Below, in pieces: positions 9,883 to 18,322 of a stretch of 35,491 bases of DNA. Location: contig CALVPL010000034.1 in NCBI GenBank assembly GCA_944351315.1, forward strand, positions 1 through 35,491, in the 5' to 3' direction. Position 1 is the first letter of the stretch. Each line of letters begins with the position of its first letter. A model generated the notes under the pieces. The model saw only the letters and a list, made by a program, of their open reading frames with translations. It searched no databases and had not been told where the DNA came from. The position numbers and the translations under genes were made by a program. Source of the DNA: an uncultured Bacilli bacterium. Its GTDB lineage: Bacteria > Bacillota_I > Bacilli_A > RF39 > UBA660.

Positions 9883-11749
9883 GTTGGAAGAAGTTTTACG
9901 TTATCATATAGAATATTTGTATAAAAAATTAAATGCTTTTAGACTTATAGAGGATGAGACAAAACTAAAAGAAATGAAAAAAGAGACGAGGGTATTTACT
10001 GAACTTTTAGATGATTTAGAGAAGAATATTGAAAATATAAGTTATTTAGATATTGATTCTGTGTTATCAAAACTTTATTCTTCTCAGAAATTAGATAAAG
10101 TTTTAGAAGAACTTCGACTTGTCAAAATTGTTTTGGAAGCAAAAAATCAAAAACATTTTCCTATAGATCTTTCAGAAGAACAAAATATTTTTTTACAAGA
10201 CTTATTATTTAGAATTCATGATCAAGAAAGACAACATCTTGAACAAATTCCGTTTATTTCTCAAGAAATAGAAAAGAAAAAAGAAGAAAAAGAAGCTATT
10301 GAGGATAAAATTATTAATTTATCTATAATTTTAGAGAAAATTTTAGATCCAGATAATTTAGAATTTTTAACTCAAGAGGAATTTGTAGATTTTTATGATT
10401 GTATTTTAAATAAAGAAATTCCTTATGAAAAAAGAAAGGAAGCACTAATTTCTTGGAAAAATTATAATGATAAACGAAGTCTTTTAGATAAGAAAGTTAT
10501 CGAAAGAATAGATATGGCAAGTATAAGAGAGTGTTTTAGAGAATATGGTCTTTTAGATTCTGTTGAAAAATATTTACAAAAATATGAAAAGGAAATTCTT
10601 TATCATGGAGATATTTCTAATATTCGAGGAATTCTTTCTTATTTGCAAGAAGAAGATTTAGTTCATCATAAACCTAATTTGTTGTCTTCCTTTACACCTT
10701 TAAATTTGTTAACTATGTGTATTTATGGAACAGTTTCTTCAGTAAAAGAACGTTATGAACAACTTTCTGAAAATAAAGATTTGCTTGATATTTATTTTTC
10801 AACACCTAGTGTTTGGATTCGTAATATAAGTGGAAGAAGAAAACATACCTCTGGAATAAAAAGAGAAACACATCCTGATAAATCTAGTTTTACTTTAATG
10901 ACGATGGCTCATTTAATTAGTTTTGAGGAAATGTTCCAAAATGAAAAATTATTACAAGAATTGGGATTTTCTGTTTCCTTAAAAGAAGGTAAAGGAATCG
11001 CGGCTATCAAAATGCCAACTTATCGTCTTCATGAAAATATTGATATATTAACTAAATATGATATTTTGAATCTTGATAACACGGAAAATTTTCCCGTTTC
11101 TACTTTATCTTTTTCGGACTTAGTTACTAAGTGTGATTGGGCTATTGAGGTGGGATGGTTAAATCCTCTTGAAAAACAATTTGGAAATTATATTCAAAAT
11201 TATCCTAGTAAATTACAAGTGAAAATTGATTTTTTTGCTGTTCTTTATAAACTAAAAAATGAAATGCCTGCTGATGAGTATTATCGAACTGTTTTTTCAG
11301 AAAATGGAAAATTAAATAAAGCTTTCTATCAAAATGGTTATCTACAAGTTTCACAAGGAAAGAGTTTTGCCGATTTTTTAGGAAATACGTTTGTAGATTT
11401 TGCTCATTGTAGTTATCTTCCTAATTATTCAAGTTTTGAGCAAATTATAGTTCAAAATTTTCAACTGGATTATGATTTATCTATTTTTAATGATTCATTA
11501 ATAAAGAAATTAGAGACTTATCATCATGTGAACGATCATGATTTTCAGTATGTTTTTGGAAATGTGGCTGTTTCTCGTTTTAAAGTGTTACGAATTTATT
11601 CGATTTTAAAAAAACAAGAAAATATTGATTTAGAAGAAGCTTTATTATTTGCAATAACTTATAATTCTTTATTGAGTGAACAGAGTTTGCAAGTGATTTT
11701 AGGTCAACTTGGAATGAAAAAAGGAGAAGTAACTTATGGAATATCTTAA
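9875..11749 (+). CDS. Hypothetical protein C (624 aa; alternative start TTG 9884)
   Basis: Long ORF overlapping the stop of B by 8 nt. The N-terminal ~200 aa is rich in Leu/Glu/Lys. No recognisable enzymatic motif. Confidence 0.8.
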   Translation: MNKLEEVLRYHIEYLYKKLNAFRLIEDETKLKEMKKETRVFTELLDDLEKNIENISYLDIDSVLSKLYSSQKLDKVLEELRLVKIVLEAKNQKHFPIDLSEEQNIFLQDLLFRIHDQERQHLEQIPFISQEIEKKKEEKEAIEDKIINLSIILEKILDPDNLEFLTQEEFVDFYDCILNKEIPYEKRKEALISWKNYNDKRSLLDKKVIERIDMASIRECFREYGLLDSVEKYLQKYEKEILYHGDISNIRGILSYLQEEDLVHHKPNLLSSFTPLNLLTMCIYGTVSSVKERYEQLSENKDLLDIYFSTPSVWIRNISGRRKHTSGIKRETHPDKSSFTLMTMAHLISFEEMFQNEKLLQELGFSVSLKEGKGIAAIKMPTYRLHENIDILTKYDILNLDNTENFPVSTLSFSDLVTKCDWAIEVGWLNPLEKQFGNYIQNYPSKLQVKIDFFAVLYKLKNEMPADEYYRTVFSENGKLNKAFYQNGYLQVSQGKSFADFLGNTFVDFAHCSYLPNYSSFEQIIVQNFQLDYDLSIFNDSLIKKLETYHHVNDHDFQYVFGNVAVSRFKVLRIYSILKKQENIDLEEALLFAITYNSLLSEQSLQVILGQLGMKKGEVTYGIS

Positions 11750-12017
11750 AAACTTTTTGACATTAGAGGAGTATGAGCAATTTGTTTCCCAACTTACGGA
11801 TGAAGATGTTAGTTTATTTTTAACTCATGAAGAAAATGTTCTTTTAGTCTTAAAGTATTTTAAGAGCTTAGAATTGAATCTATTTGATCTTTTACTTTAT
11901 AAATATCCCATTGTTTTTGATCGTTTAGATTCAATTAAAGAAAAAATAGAAAATCATCCAAATATAATTCCTTTATTAAAAGAAGATGTTTCTAATTTTG
12001 ATTTAATCGGGTTATAA
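11736..12017 (+). CDS. Hypothetical protein D (93 aa)
   Basis: ATG preceded by AAGGAG (9-nt spacing). Overlaps the end of C by 14 nt. Confidence 0.65.
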   Translation: MEYLKNFLTLEEYEQFVSQLTDEDVSLFLTHEENVLLVLKYFKSLELNLFDLLLYKYPIVFDRLDSIKEKIENHPNIIPLLKEDVSNFDLIGL

Positions 12018-12022
12018 AAAAA

Positions 12023-12051
12023 TTGACAATTTCTAAAAGAAATAGTATAGT
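12023..12051 (+). promoter_or_regulatory. Sigma-A consensus-like promoter for the lysS leader
   Basis: TTGACA (12023-12028), 17-nt spacer, TATAGT (12046-12051). Confidence 0.7.
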
Positions 12052-12060
12052 AATTCCAAG

Positions 12061-12273
12061 AAATGCGTTGAAAACTAGAGTAGTTATAGACATTTTTTTA
12101 AAGAGAGATGAGGGTTGGTGGAACTCATTAAAAAATCTATAATGAATAAAAGAGTGGGAGCATGATCGTAATTCTGCGTTAAAGAAAGAAAGAGCATGGC
12201 AACATGAATTAAGGTGGTACCGCGGATTTAACAGTTATTCGTCCTTAGATGGATGGATAACTGTTTTATATTT
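12061..12273 (+). promoter_or_regulatory. T-box leader riboswitch (lysine specifier) with intrinsic terminator
   Basis: Stem I has a K-turn base (AUGC-GUU-GA... / ...GA-GCAU) and the specifier-loop 5' element AGAGUA (12077-12082). An AGAGAG bulge and a GGUGGAA distal loop are present (12102-12124). The specifier-loop 3' side reads GAAUAAAAG, with AAA at about 12148-12151. The canonical T-box sequence AAUUAAGGUGGUACCGCG lies at 12207-12224. A 15-bp terminator stem (12230-12265) is followed by a U-rich tract. Confidence 0.88.
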
Positions 12274-12290
12274 AAAGAAAAGAGGTAAAT

Positions 12291-12542
12291 ATGGAAAAAC
12301 CAATTTGTAAAGTTGCATTGGGTATTAAAGTTTTTGCGATTTGTTTTTTGGCGGTTGGAATAGTTCTTCTTGTGCTTTTAGGAATTTTAGGCCTTGTTTC
12401 AATCATCAATGTATTCATTGGAATTATTGTAGATATTGCATCTTTTTTGTTATTATATGGCTATGCACATATTATTCAAGGGGTACAAGATCTTGTTTAT
12501 TTAAAAGAATTGGAGTATGAAGAAGAGGAGGAAGAAAAATGA
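12291..12542 (+). CDS. Small membrane protein (83 aa, two hydrophobic helices, poly-Glu tail)
   Basis: SD AGAGGT precedes the ATG. There are two long hydrophobic stretches. The stop overlaps the lysS start (ATGA). The terminal Glu codons GAGGAGG (12525-12531) double as the lysS SD. Confidence 0.6.
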   Translation: MEKPICKVALGIKVFAICFLAVGIVLLVLLGILGLVSIINVFIGIIVDIASFLLLYGYAHIIQGVQDLVYLKELEYEEEEEEK

Positions 12543-14008
12543 GAGAATTTAGTGAACAAGAATTAGTAAGGAGAGAGAAGTTAAAAAATATTAAAAATCC
12601 ATATCCTGAGAGATTTGAAGTAAATACAGAAATTTCTCAAGCTAGAGAATTAGAAGATGGCACAACAGGTGTTCGTGTTGCTGGGCGAATTGTTTTAATG
12701 CGTAAAATGGGAAAGATGAGTTTTTTAACTATCGGAGATATTACAGGAAGAATTCAAATTTCTGTTAAGATGGATATGATTGGGGAAGAAGCTTATCAAG
12801 ATTTTAAACAAAATTTTGATTTAGGTGATTTTATTGGTGTAGATGGAGAAGTCTTTACTACTCATACCGGTGAGAAAACTATTCGAGCTAGTGAGATTAC
12901 TTTTTTAGGAAAAGCATTAAAGCCACTTCCTGAAAAATTTCATGGATTGGAAGATCAAGAACTTATTTATCGTGAACGTTATGTTGATTTGATTATGAAT
13001 GAAGAAGAGAAAAAGAAGTTTTTATTTCGTAGTGCGTTTATTCGCGAATTAAGAAATTATTTAAATGAACAAGGATATATTGAAATTGAAACCCCAATTT
13101 TAAATAATAAACCAAGTGGTGCAACTGCTAAACCTTTTGTTACACATCATAATGCTTTAGATATTGATCTATATTTACGAATTGCTCCAGAAACTTATTT
13201 AAAAAGAGCTATTGTTGGTGGATTTACGAAAGTTTTTGAGATTGCTCGTTGTTTTAGAAATGAAGGTATGGATACTACACATCTACAAGATTTTACGATG
13301 ATTGAAGGATATGGTGCTTACTTAAATTATAAAGATAACATGATTTTTTTAAGAGAAATGCTTCAAAATATTGTTCAAAAGCTTTTTGGGACTTTATGTA
13401 TCCAAGTTGGTGATAAAATGGTTGATTTAAGTGGAGAATGGCCAAGTGTTAGTTTTAGAGAACTTATTTTAAAATATGCTAATATTGATATTTATGAAGA
13501 AGATACTAAAGAAAAGCTTTTAAACAAAATTAAAGAATTGAAAATTGAAATAGATTCTGAAACACCTTTAGAAAATTTAGGATATGGAAATTTAGTGGAT
13601 CAACTTTATAAAAAAGTTGCCAGACCTTATTTAGTTAATCCAGTGTTTTTAGTAGAGCATCCAATTAGTTTATCTCCTTTAGCTAGAGCAAGCGATGAAA
13701 ATCCGAATTTAACTGATCGTTTTCAATTAGTTATTAATGGAGCAGAAATCATCAATGCATATTCTGAACTTGTCGATCCTCAAGAACAAGAAAGAAGATT
13801 AGAGGAACAAGCAAGATTAAAAGCAAATGGAGATGAGGAAGCTATGCCTATGGATTATGATTATATAAGTGCCATGGAGTATGGAATGCCTCCTATTAGT
13901 GGTTGGGGTATGGGAATTGATCGACTCATTCAACTTTTAACTGCTAGTGATAATATAAAAGATGTTGTTTTATTTCCATTAATGAAACCGAAAGATGAGA
14001 ACAAGTAA
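12539..14008 (+). CDS. lysS: Lysyl-tRNA synthetase, class II
   Basis: 489 aa with an N-terminal OB region and class II motifs ('CFRNEGMD', 'GWGMGIDRL'). Sits downstream of a Lys T-box. Confidence 0.95.
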   Translation: MREFSEQELVRREKLKNIKNPYPERFEVNTEISQARELEDGTTGVRVAGRIVLMRKMGKMSFLTIGDITGRIQISVKMDMIGEEAYQDFKQNFDLGDFIGVDGEVFTTHTGEKTIRASEITFLGKALKPLPEKFHGLEDQELIYRERYVDLIMNEEEKKKFLFRSAFIRELRNYLNEQGYIEIETPILNNKPSGATAKPFVTHHNALDIDLYLRIAPETYLKRAIVGGFTKVFEIARCFRNEGMDTTHLQDFTMIEGYGAYLNYKDNMIFLREMLQNIVQKLFGTLCIQVGDKMVDLSGEWPSVSFRELILKYANIDIYEEDTKEKLLNKIKELKIEIDSETPLENLGYGNLVDQLYKKVARPYLVNPVFLVEHPISLSPLARASDENPNLTDRFQLVINGAEIINAYSELVDPQEQERRLEEQARLKANGDEEAMPMDYDYISAMEYGMPPISGWGMGIDRLIQLLTASDNIKDVVLFPLMKPKDENK

Positions 14009-14026
14009 TTTGCTTGTTCTTTTTTT
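13998..14026 (+). terminator. Rho-independent terminator of lysS
   Basis: Stem AGAACAAG / CTTGTTCT overlaps the stop codon and is followed by T6. Confidence 0.8.
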
Positions 14027-14093
14027 AGTTTTGTTTCTTTCACAAAATTTTCATAAAAAAAATTGCTAATTTTCTTTATTTTATGGGGATTTG

Positions 14094-14102
14094 TGCTATA
14101 AT
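14094..14102 (+). promoter_or_regulatory. Extended -10 element (TGcTATAAT) for the transporter gene
   Basis: TGCTATAAT lies 20 nt upstream of ATG 14123. No clear -35. Confidence 0.4.
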
Positions 14103-14122
14103 TTTGTTTGGAGGAGGATGAA

Positions 14123-15613
14123 ATGAAGAAATTGTTTAAAGAACACGATTTGGTAAAACTTGTATCAATAGTATTACTTGTTATTATTGTGATGTCTTGG
14201 TTTATTCCATATGGTACTTTTGGTAGTAGTGCTACATTTTCTGAAGGTAGTGTAACTCCAATTGGACTTGTACATATCATTTATGGATTTATTTATGCAC
14301 TTCAAAACTATGCGATTCAATTTGTATTCATTATTTTGATCGGTATGTTTTATGGTGTTGCTACTAAGACAGAAGGTTATAAAGCTTTAGTTTCTAGAAT
14401 GGCTAATGCTTGTAAAAAAATTGAAATTGTAGCTGCATTAGTTATTTCCTTTATTATTTGCTTATTAGCCTCATTCTTAAATAACACTTATGTACTCTTA
14501 TTATTTATGCCTTTCTTAGTTTCTGTATTGAGAAGAATGGGCTTAGATAAAATAAGTTCATTTGCCATTACTTTTGGTTCTATTTTAGTTGGTGTTTTAG
14601 GAGCTACTTATGGAACAGAAGGTTTTATTGGATTTGTTGAATATTTAGGATACAGTGGTGGCGAAGTTTCTATTGCTACAGAGCTTATTGTTCGTGCAGG
14701 TGTCTTATTACTTGCTTATATCTTATTTAGTTTCTTTAATGTTATTTATATTAAAAAACTTTTGGAAAAGCAAACAGATAAAGCTGAAGTTAAGGTTATC
14801 GATGATAAATTTGCAGTAGAAGAACCTAAGAAAAAGAATACAAAAATTTGGTCAACTGTTATTTTGATGGCTATTTTAGTTATTTTTGCAATTTTAGGAT
14901 TTATTACATGGAATGCTACGGCAAATGGAACAGAAGTATGGGGAATTACTATTTTCGATGATTTCCATGAATTCCTTATGGGATTAACTATTGGAAGTAA
15001 TGATTTTGCCGTTTTTGATGCATTATTTGGCGGAGCATTAGCGAACTTTACTGCTGAATTGTTTCCACCATTAGGAAATTGGTATTTGTTTACTTATTCA
15101 ATAGTTATTATTTTTGTAATGATTGTTATGGCAATTATTTCAAAAATGAAATTATCTGAATTTATTTCTAACATTGGTGAAGGATTCAAAAAAGTTATTC
15201 GTCCAGCTATGCTTTTAGTTTTAGCATATATGGCCTTTATCTTCTTATATTGGGTACCAATTATTCCAACAATTATTAATGAAATTGGTAAATTAACAGC
15301 AGGATTTAATCCATTCGTTGCTACTTTACAAGCATTTGTTGGAGCTTTCTTCAATTCCGATTTTGCTTATTTAGGATTTAGTTTAAGTTCTTATTTAGCA
15401 GGATTTAGTGGTGCTGAAGGAAACTTAATGGTTGTTATCTATACAACTATTTATGGTTTTGTACAACTTATTACACCAATCAGTGTCTTCTTATTATTTG
15501 GTCTTTCTTATATGAATATTCCTTATAAGAAATGGATTAAATATATTTGGAAGTTCTTTGTAGGTATGTTAGTTTGCTTATTAGTAATCTTTACATTACT
15601 TGCTTATTTATAA
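14123..15613 (+). CDS. Polytopic membrane transporter, YfcC / C4-dicarboxylate-anaerobic-carrier-like
   Basis: About 10 or more hydrophobic segments. The N-terminal layout ('LVSIVLLVIIVMSWFIPYGTF...') resembles YfcC-family proteins as I recall them. GGAGGAGG SD lies 5 nt before ATG 14123. Confidence 0.55.
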   Translation: MKKLFKEHDLVKLVSIVLLVIIVMSWFIPYGTFGSSATFSEGSVTPIGLVHIIYGFIYALQNYAIQFVFIILIGMFYGVATKTEGYKALVSRMANACKKIEIVAALVISFIICLLASFLNNTYVLLLFMPFLVSVLRRMGLDKISSFAITFGSILVGVLGATYGTEGFIGFVEYLGYSGGEVSIATELIVRAGVLLLAYILFSFFNVIYIKKLLEKQTDKAEVKVIDDKFAVEEPKKKNTKIWSTVILMAILVIFAILGFITWNATANGTEVWGITIFDDFHEFLMGLTIGSNDFAVFDALFGGALANFTAELFPPLGNWYLFTYSIVIIFVMIVMAIISKMKLSEFISNIGEGFKKVIRPAMLLVLAYMAFIFLYWVPIIPTIINEIGKLTAGFNPFVATLQAFVGAFFNSDFAYLGFSLSSYLAGFSGAEGNLMVVIYTTIYGFVQLITPISVFLLFGLSYMNIPYKKWIKYIWKFFVGMLVCLLVIFTLLAYL

Positions 15614-15638
15614 GATTGCCTTTTGGTGATCTTTTTTT
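15614..15638 (+). terminator. Weak intrinsic terminator/attenuator after the transporter
   Basis: 7-bp stem GATTGCC/GGTGATC (two G-U pairs) followed by T7. Confidence 0.45.
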
Positions 15639-15652
15639 AGGAGGAAAATAAA

Positions 15653-16078
15653 ATGGAATATAAAAAATTTGGAAATCATTATGTCATTCGCATGGAAAAA
15701 GGCGAAGAAGTCATGGAAAAATTAAAAGAATTATGTTTGAAAGAAGATATTCGTTTAGGAAGTATTTCTGGACTAGGAGCTGCCGGTGAGGTTGAAATTG
15801 GTTTATTTAATACCGAAAGTAAAGAATATAAAACGACTGTGATGAAAGGAATGTTTGAAATTACTTCTTTAATTGGAAATATTACCCGTAAAGATGATGA
15901 AGTTTACTTACATTGCCATATTAATTTTAGCGATGCTTCCTTACATACTTATGGAGGTCATTTAGTTCGAGTAATTATTTCAGCGACTGGTGAGATTGTT
16001 ATTACCAAAATTGATGGAGAAGTTGAACGTCATTTTGATGACAATATCGGCTTAAATTTATTTGATTTTTCTAAATAA
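15653..16078 (+). CDS. PPC (DUF296) domain protein
   Basis: 141 aa. The pattern 'YVIRMEKGEEVMEKLKELC...IRLGSISGLGA...LIGNI...LHCHINFSD...GGHL' is typical of PPC/DUF296 domains. Confidence 0.7.
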   Translation: MEYKKFGNHYVIRMEKGEEVMEKLKELCLKEDIRLGSISGLGAAGEVEIGLFNTESKEYKTTVMKGMFEITSLIGNITRKDDEVYLHCHINFSDASLHTYGGHLVRVIISATGEIVITKIDGEVERHFDDNIGLNLFDFSK

Positions 16079-16142
16079 TTTTGTATAAAAATTCTTCTAT
16101 TTTACCATAACAAACATAGAGTAAAATAAGGAGGATTTTTTT

Positions 16143-18287
16143 ATGTTTCATAATTATGGTTTTGAAGTTGCAAATATTTTAAAAAAAGCAGAAAATATTC
16201 GATATGAATGTAAACATCCTTATGTCGGCACAGAACATATGTTACTTGCTTTACTTTTAGAAGAGAATGAAACTACTCATGTGTTTGAGAGTTTTGGAGT
16301 GAATTATTCTTCTTTTAAATCCTTGCTACTCGATATTGTCGGTCAGGCTTCTTCTTATCAAGAATTGAATTTATATACTCCTATGTTAAAAAAAGTTTTG
16401 GAAATTGCTAATATGGAAGCTATGGATTTAAATCATGGAGTAGTAAAACCTGTTTATTTAGCTTTAGCTTTACTGGAAGAAGGAGAAGGCATCGCGGTTC
16501 GTTTGCTTTTACAAATGGATGTTTCTTTAGATGAATTGTACCTTTCTTTAAAACAACTTATTATACCTAAAAGTAAAAAGAATAAAAATCTAGAAATTTT
16601 TAAAATTGGTGTTTCTATGAATCAAAATATCGGAAGAGAGAAAGTCATTGTTGGCCGAGAAAAAGAAATTGATTTTATGATTGAAACTTTACTTAGAAAA
16701 CAAAAAAATAATCCTTTACTTATTGGAAAAGCTGGTGTTGGAAAAACGGCATTAGTTGAAGAATTAGCTAGACGAATTAAATATCATGAAGTTCCTAAAG
16801 AATTAGAGGGAATGGAAATTGTTCTTTTAGAAATGGGTGCTTTGGTTGCAGGTACAAAATATCGTGGGGAATTTGAAGAACGTCTTAATAAAATTATTAA
16901 AGAAGTGCTTCATGAAAAAAACATCATTTTATTTATTGATGAGATTCATTCAATGGTGAATGCTGGTGGGGCTGAAGGAGCGATTGCCGCTTCAGATATT
17001 TTGAAACCTTATTTGGCTCGTGGAGAAATTAAAATCATTGGAGCAACAACCTTGGCAGAATATCACGAGTTTTTAGAAAGAGATAAAGCATTAGATCGAC
17101 GTTTTGAAAAAATTATGATTGAAGAACCTTCTTTAGAAATGATGCAAACTATTTTAGATGCGGTGGTTCCTTCATTTGAAAAATATTATGATATTTTCAT
17201 TAGTGAAGAAAATAAAAAAGATTTTTTATATTTTAGTAATTCTTATTTGTTTACTAAAAGCAATCCCGATAAAACGATTGATTTAATTGATTCTGTATGT
17301 GCACGAAAGAAAGTTAAAGAAGCTCGTTTATATTCTTCTAAGAATAGGGATACTTTAGAAAAAATTCAACGAAAAAAAGAACGAAGTTTAAAAAAAGGAG
17401 ATTTTGCTACTGCTTTAAAAGAAGCCATGGATGAAGAAAAATTTAAAAAGGAGTTAACAGAATCTGCCAATTTTACTCGATTAACTTTAACTCACGAAGA
17501 TATTTTGGAAATGATTGAAACTAAAACAAATTTTTGGCTCCAAAAAGATGAGCGAGTTTTATTAGAAAAATTGAAAGACAATTTACTTAGTAATCTTTTG
17601 GGACAAGATGAAGTTTTAGTAAAGCTTGTGGATTCTTTAAATTTGAATTGTCAAAAAAATATGAGCTTTTTATTTGTTGGAGGAAGTGGAGTTGGTAAAA
17701 CTGAAACGGTTAAGATTGTCAGTGATACGTTAAAGACTTATTTTATTCGAATTGATATGAGTGAGTATAATACGATTGAAAGTGTTCATAAGTTGATTGG
17801 TTCGCCATCTTATTATGCGGGTTATAAAGAACCTTATGTTTTTCAAAAAGTAAAGGAACATCCTTATGCTACAATTTTATTTGATGAAATTGAAAAGGCT
17901 CATCCTAAAGTATTAAATTTATTGTTACAAATTTTAGATGAATCTTTTATTACCGATTCTTTTGGGGAAGTTATTCGTTTTGATCACACTTTTATCTTTT
18001 TAACGAGTAATGTTATTGGCCGAGATCCAATTGGTTTTGAAAATTCTAAGAAAGCATCTTTTGATGGCTTTTTCTCAAAAGAATTTGTCGGACGTATTGA
18101 TGAAGTGTTGCGATTTAAACCAATTACTAAGGAAGTAGCTTTAGAATACATTCATAAAAATTTAAAAAATAAAGATGTTTTAGAAGAACAACTCTTGCAT
18201 GATGCGGAAGTTGAAAAATATGGATTACGGAATTTAAAAAATTTGATTCAAAAATATAATAAAAAAGTCTCTTTATTAAATAATTAG
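16143..18287 (+). CDS. ClpC-like AAA+ unfoldase (compact, 714 aa)
   Basis: Double Clp_N repeat ('YVGTEHMLLALLLEE', 'VKPVYLALALLEE'). D1 Walker A 'GKAGVGKTA' and Walker B 'ILFIDEIH'. UVR-like linker. D2 Walker A 'GGSGVGKTE' and Walker B 'ILFDEIEKAH'. 'PIGF' ClpP-docking-like loop. Confidence 0.85.
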   Translation: MFHNYGFEVANILKKAENIRYECKHPYVGTEHMLLALLLEENETTHVFESFGVNYSSFKSLLLDIVGQASSYQELNLYTPMLKKVLEIANMEAMDLNHGVVKPVYLALALLEEGEGIAVRLLLQMDVSLDELYLSLKQLIIPKSKKNKNLEIFKIGVSMNQNIGREKVIVGREKEIDFMIETLLRKQKNNPLLIGKAGVGKTALVEELARRIKYHEVPKELEGMEIVLLEMGALVAGTKYRGEFEERLNKIIKEVLHEKNIILFIDEIHSMVNAGGAEGAIAASDILKPYLARGEIKIIGATTLAEYHEFLERDKALDRRFEKIMIEEPSLEMMQTILDAVVPSFEKYYDIFISEENKKDFLYFSNSYLFTKSNPDKTIDLIDSVCARKKVKEARLYSSKNRDTLEKIQRKKERSLKKGDFATALKEAMDEEKFKKELTESANFTRLTLTHEDILEMIETKTNFWLQKDERVLLEKLKDNLLSNLLGQDEVLVKLVDSLNLNCQKNMSFLFVGGSGVGKTETVKIVSDTLKTYFIRIDMSEYNTIESVHKLIGSPSYYAGYKEPYVFQKVKEHPYATILFDEIEKAHPKVLNLLLQILDESFITDSFGEVIRFDHTFIFLTSNVIGRDPIGFENSKKASFDGFFSKEFVGRIDEVLRFKPITKEVALEYIHKNLKNKDVLEEQLLHDAEVEKYGLRNLKNLIQKYNKKVSLLNN

Positions 18288-18322
18288 AGGCTTTTTTGTT
18301 CATATTAGTAGTAGGTGATGGT

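Noticed and set aside
12144-12149. Reading the T-box specifier as UAA (the triplet directly after GAA)
   Set aside because: A nonsense specifier makes no sense. Anchoring the register on the closing helix (AGU, 12153-12155) gives AAA in either plausible frame, which agrees with lysS.
13930-14280. 116-aa - strand ORF spanning the lysS end, its terminator and the transporter start
   Set aside because: It crosses a terminator and a promoter and overlaps two well-supported + strand genes. It has no SD.
15094-15354. 86-aa - strand ORF inside the transporter gene (and similarly 19322-19510 inside the ligase gene)
   Set aside because: These are antisense to long, coherent ORFs and are explained by AT-rich composition.
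16079-16142. CtsR operator or CIRCE element upstream of the clpC-like gene
   Set aside because: No GGTCAAA direct repeat or TTAGCACTC-N9-GAGTGCTAA inverted repeat is present in the gap.
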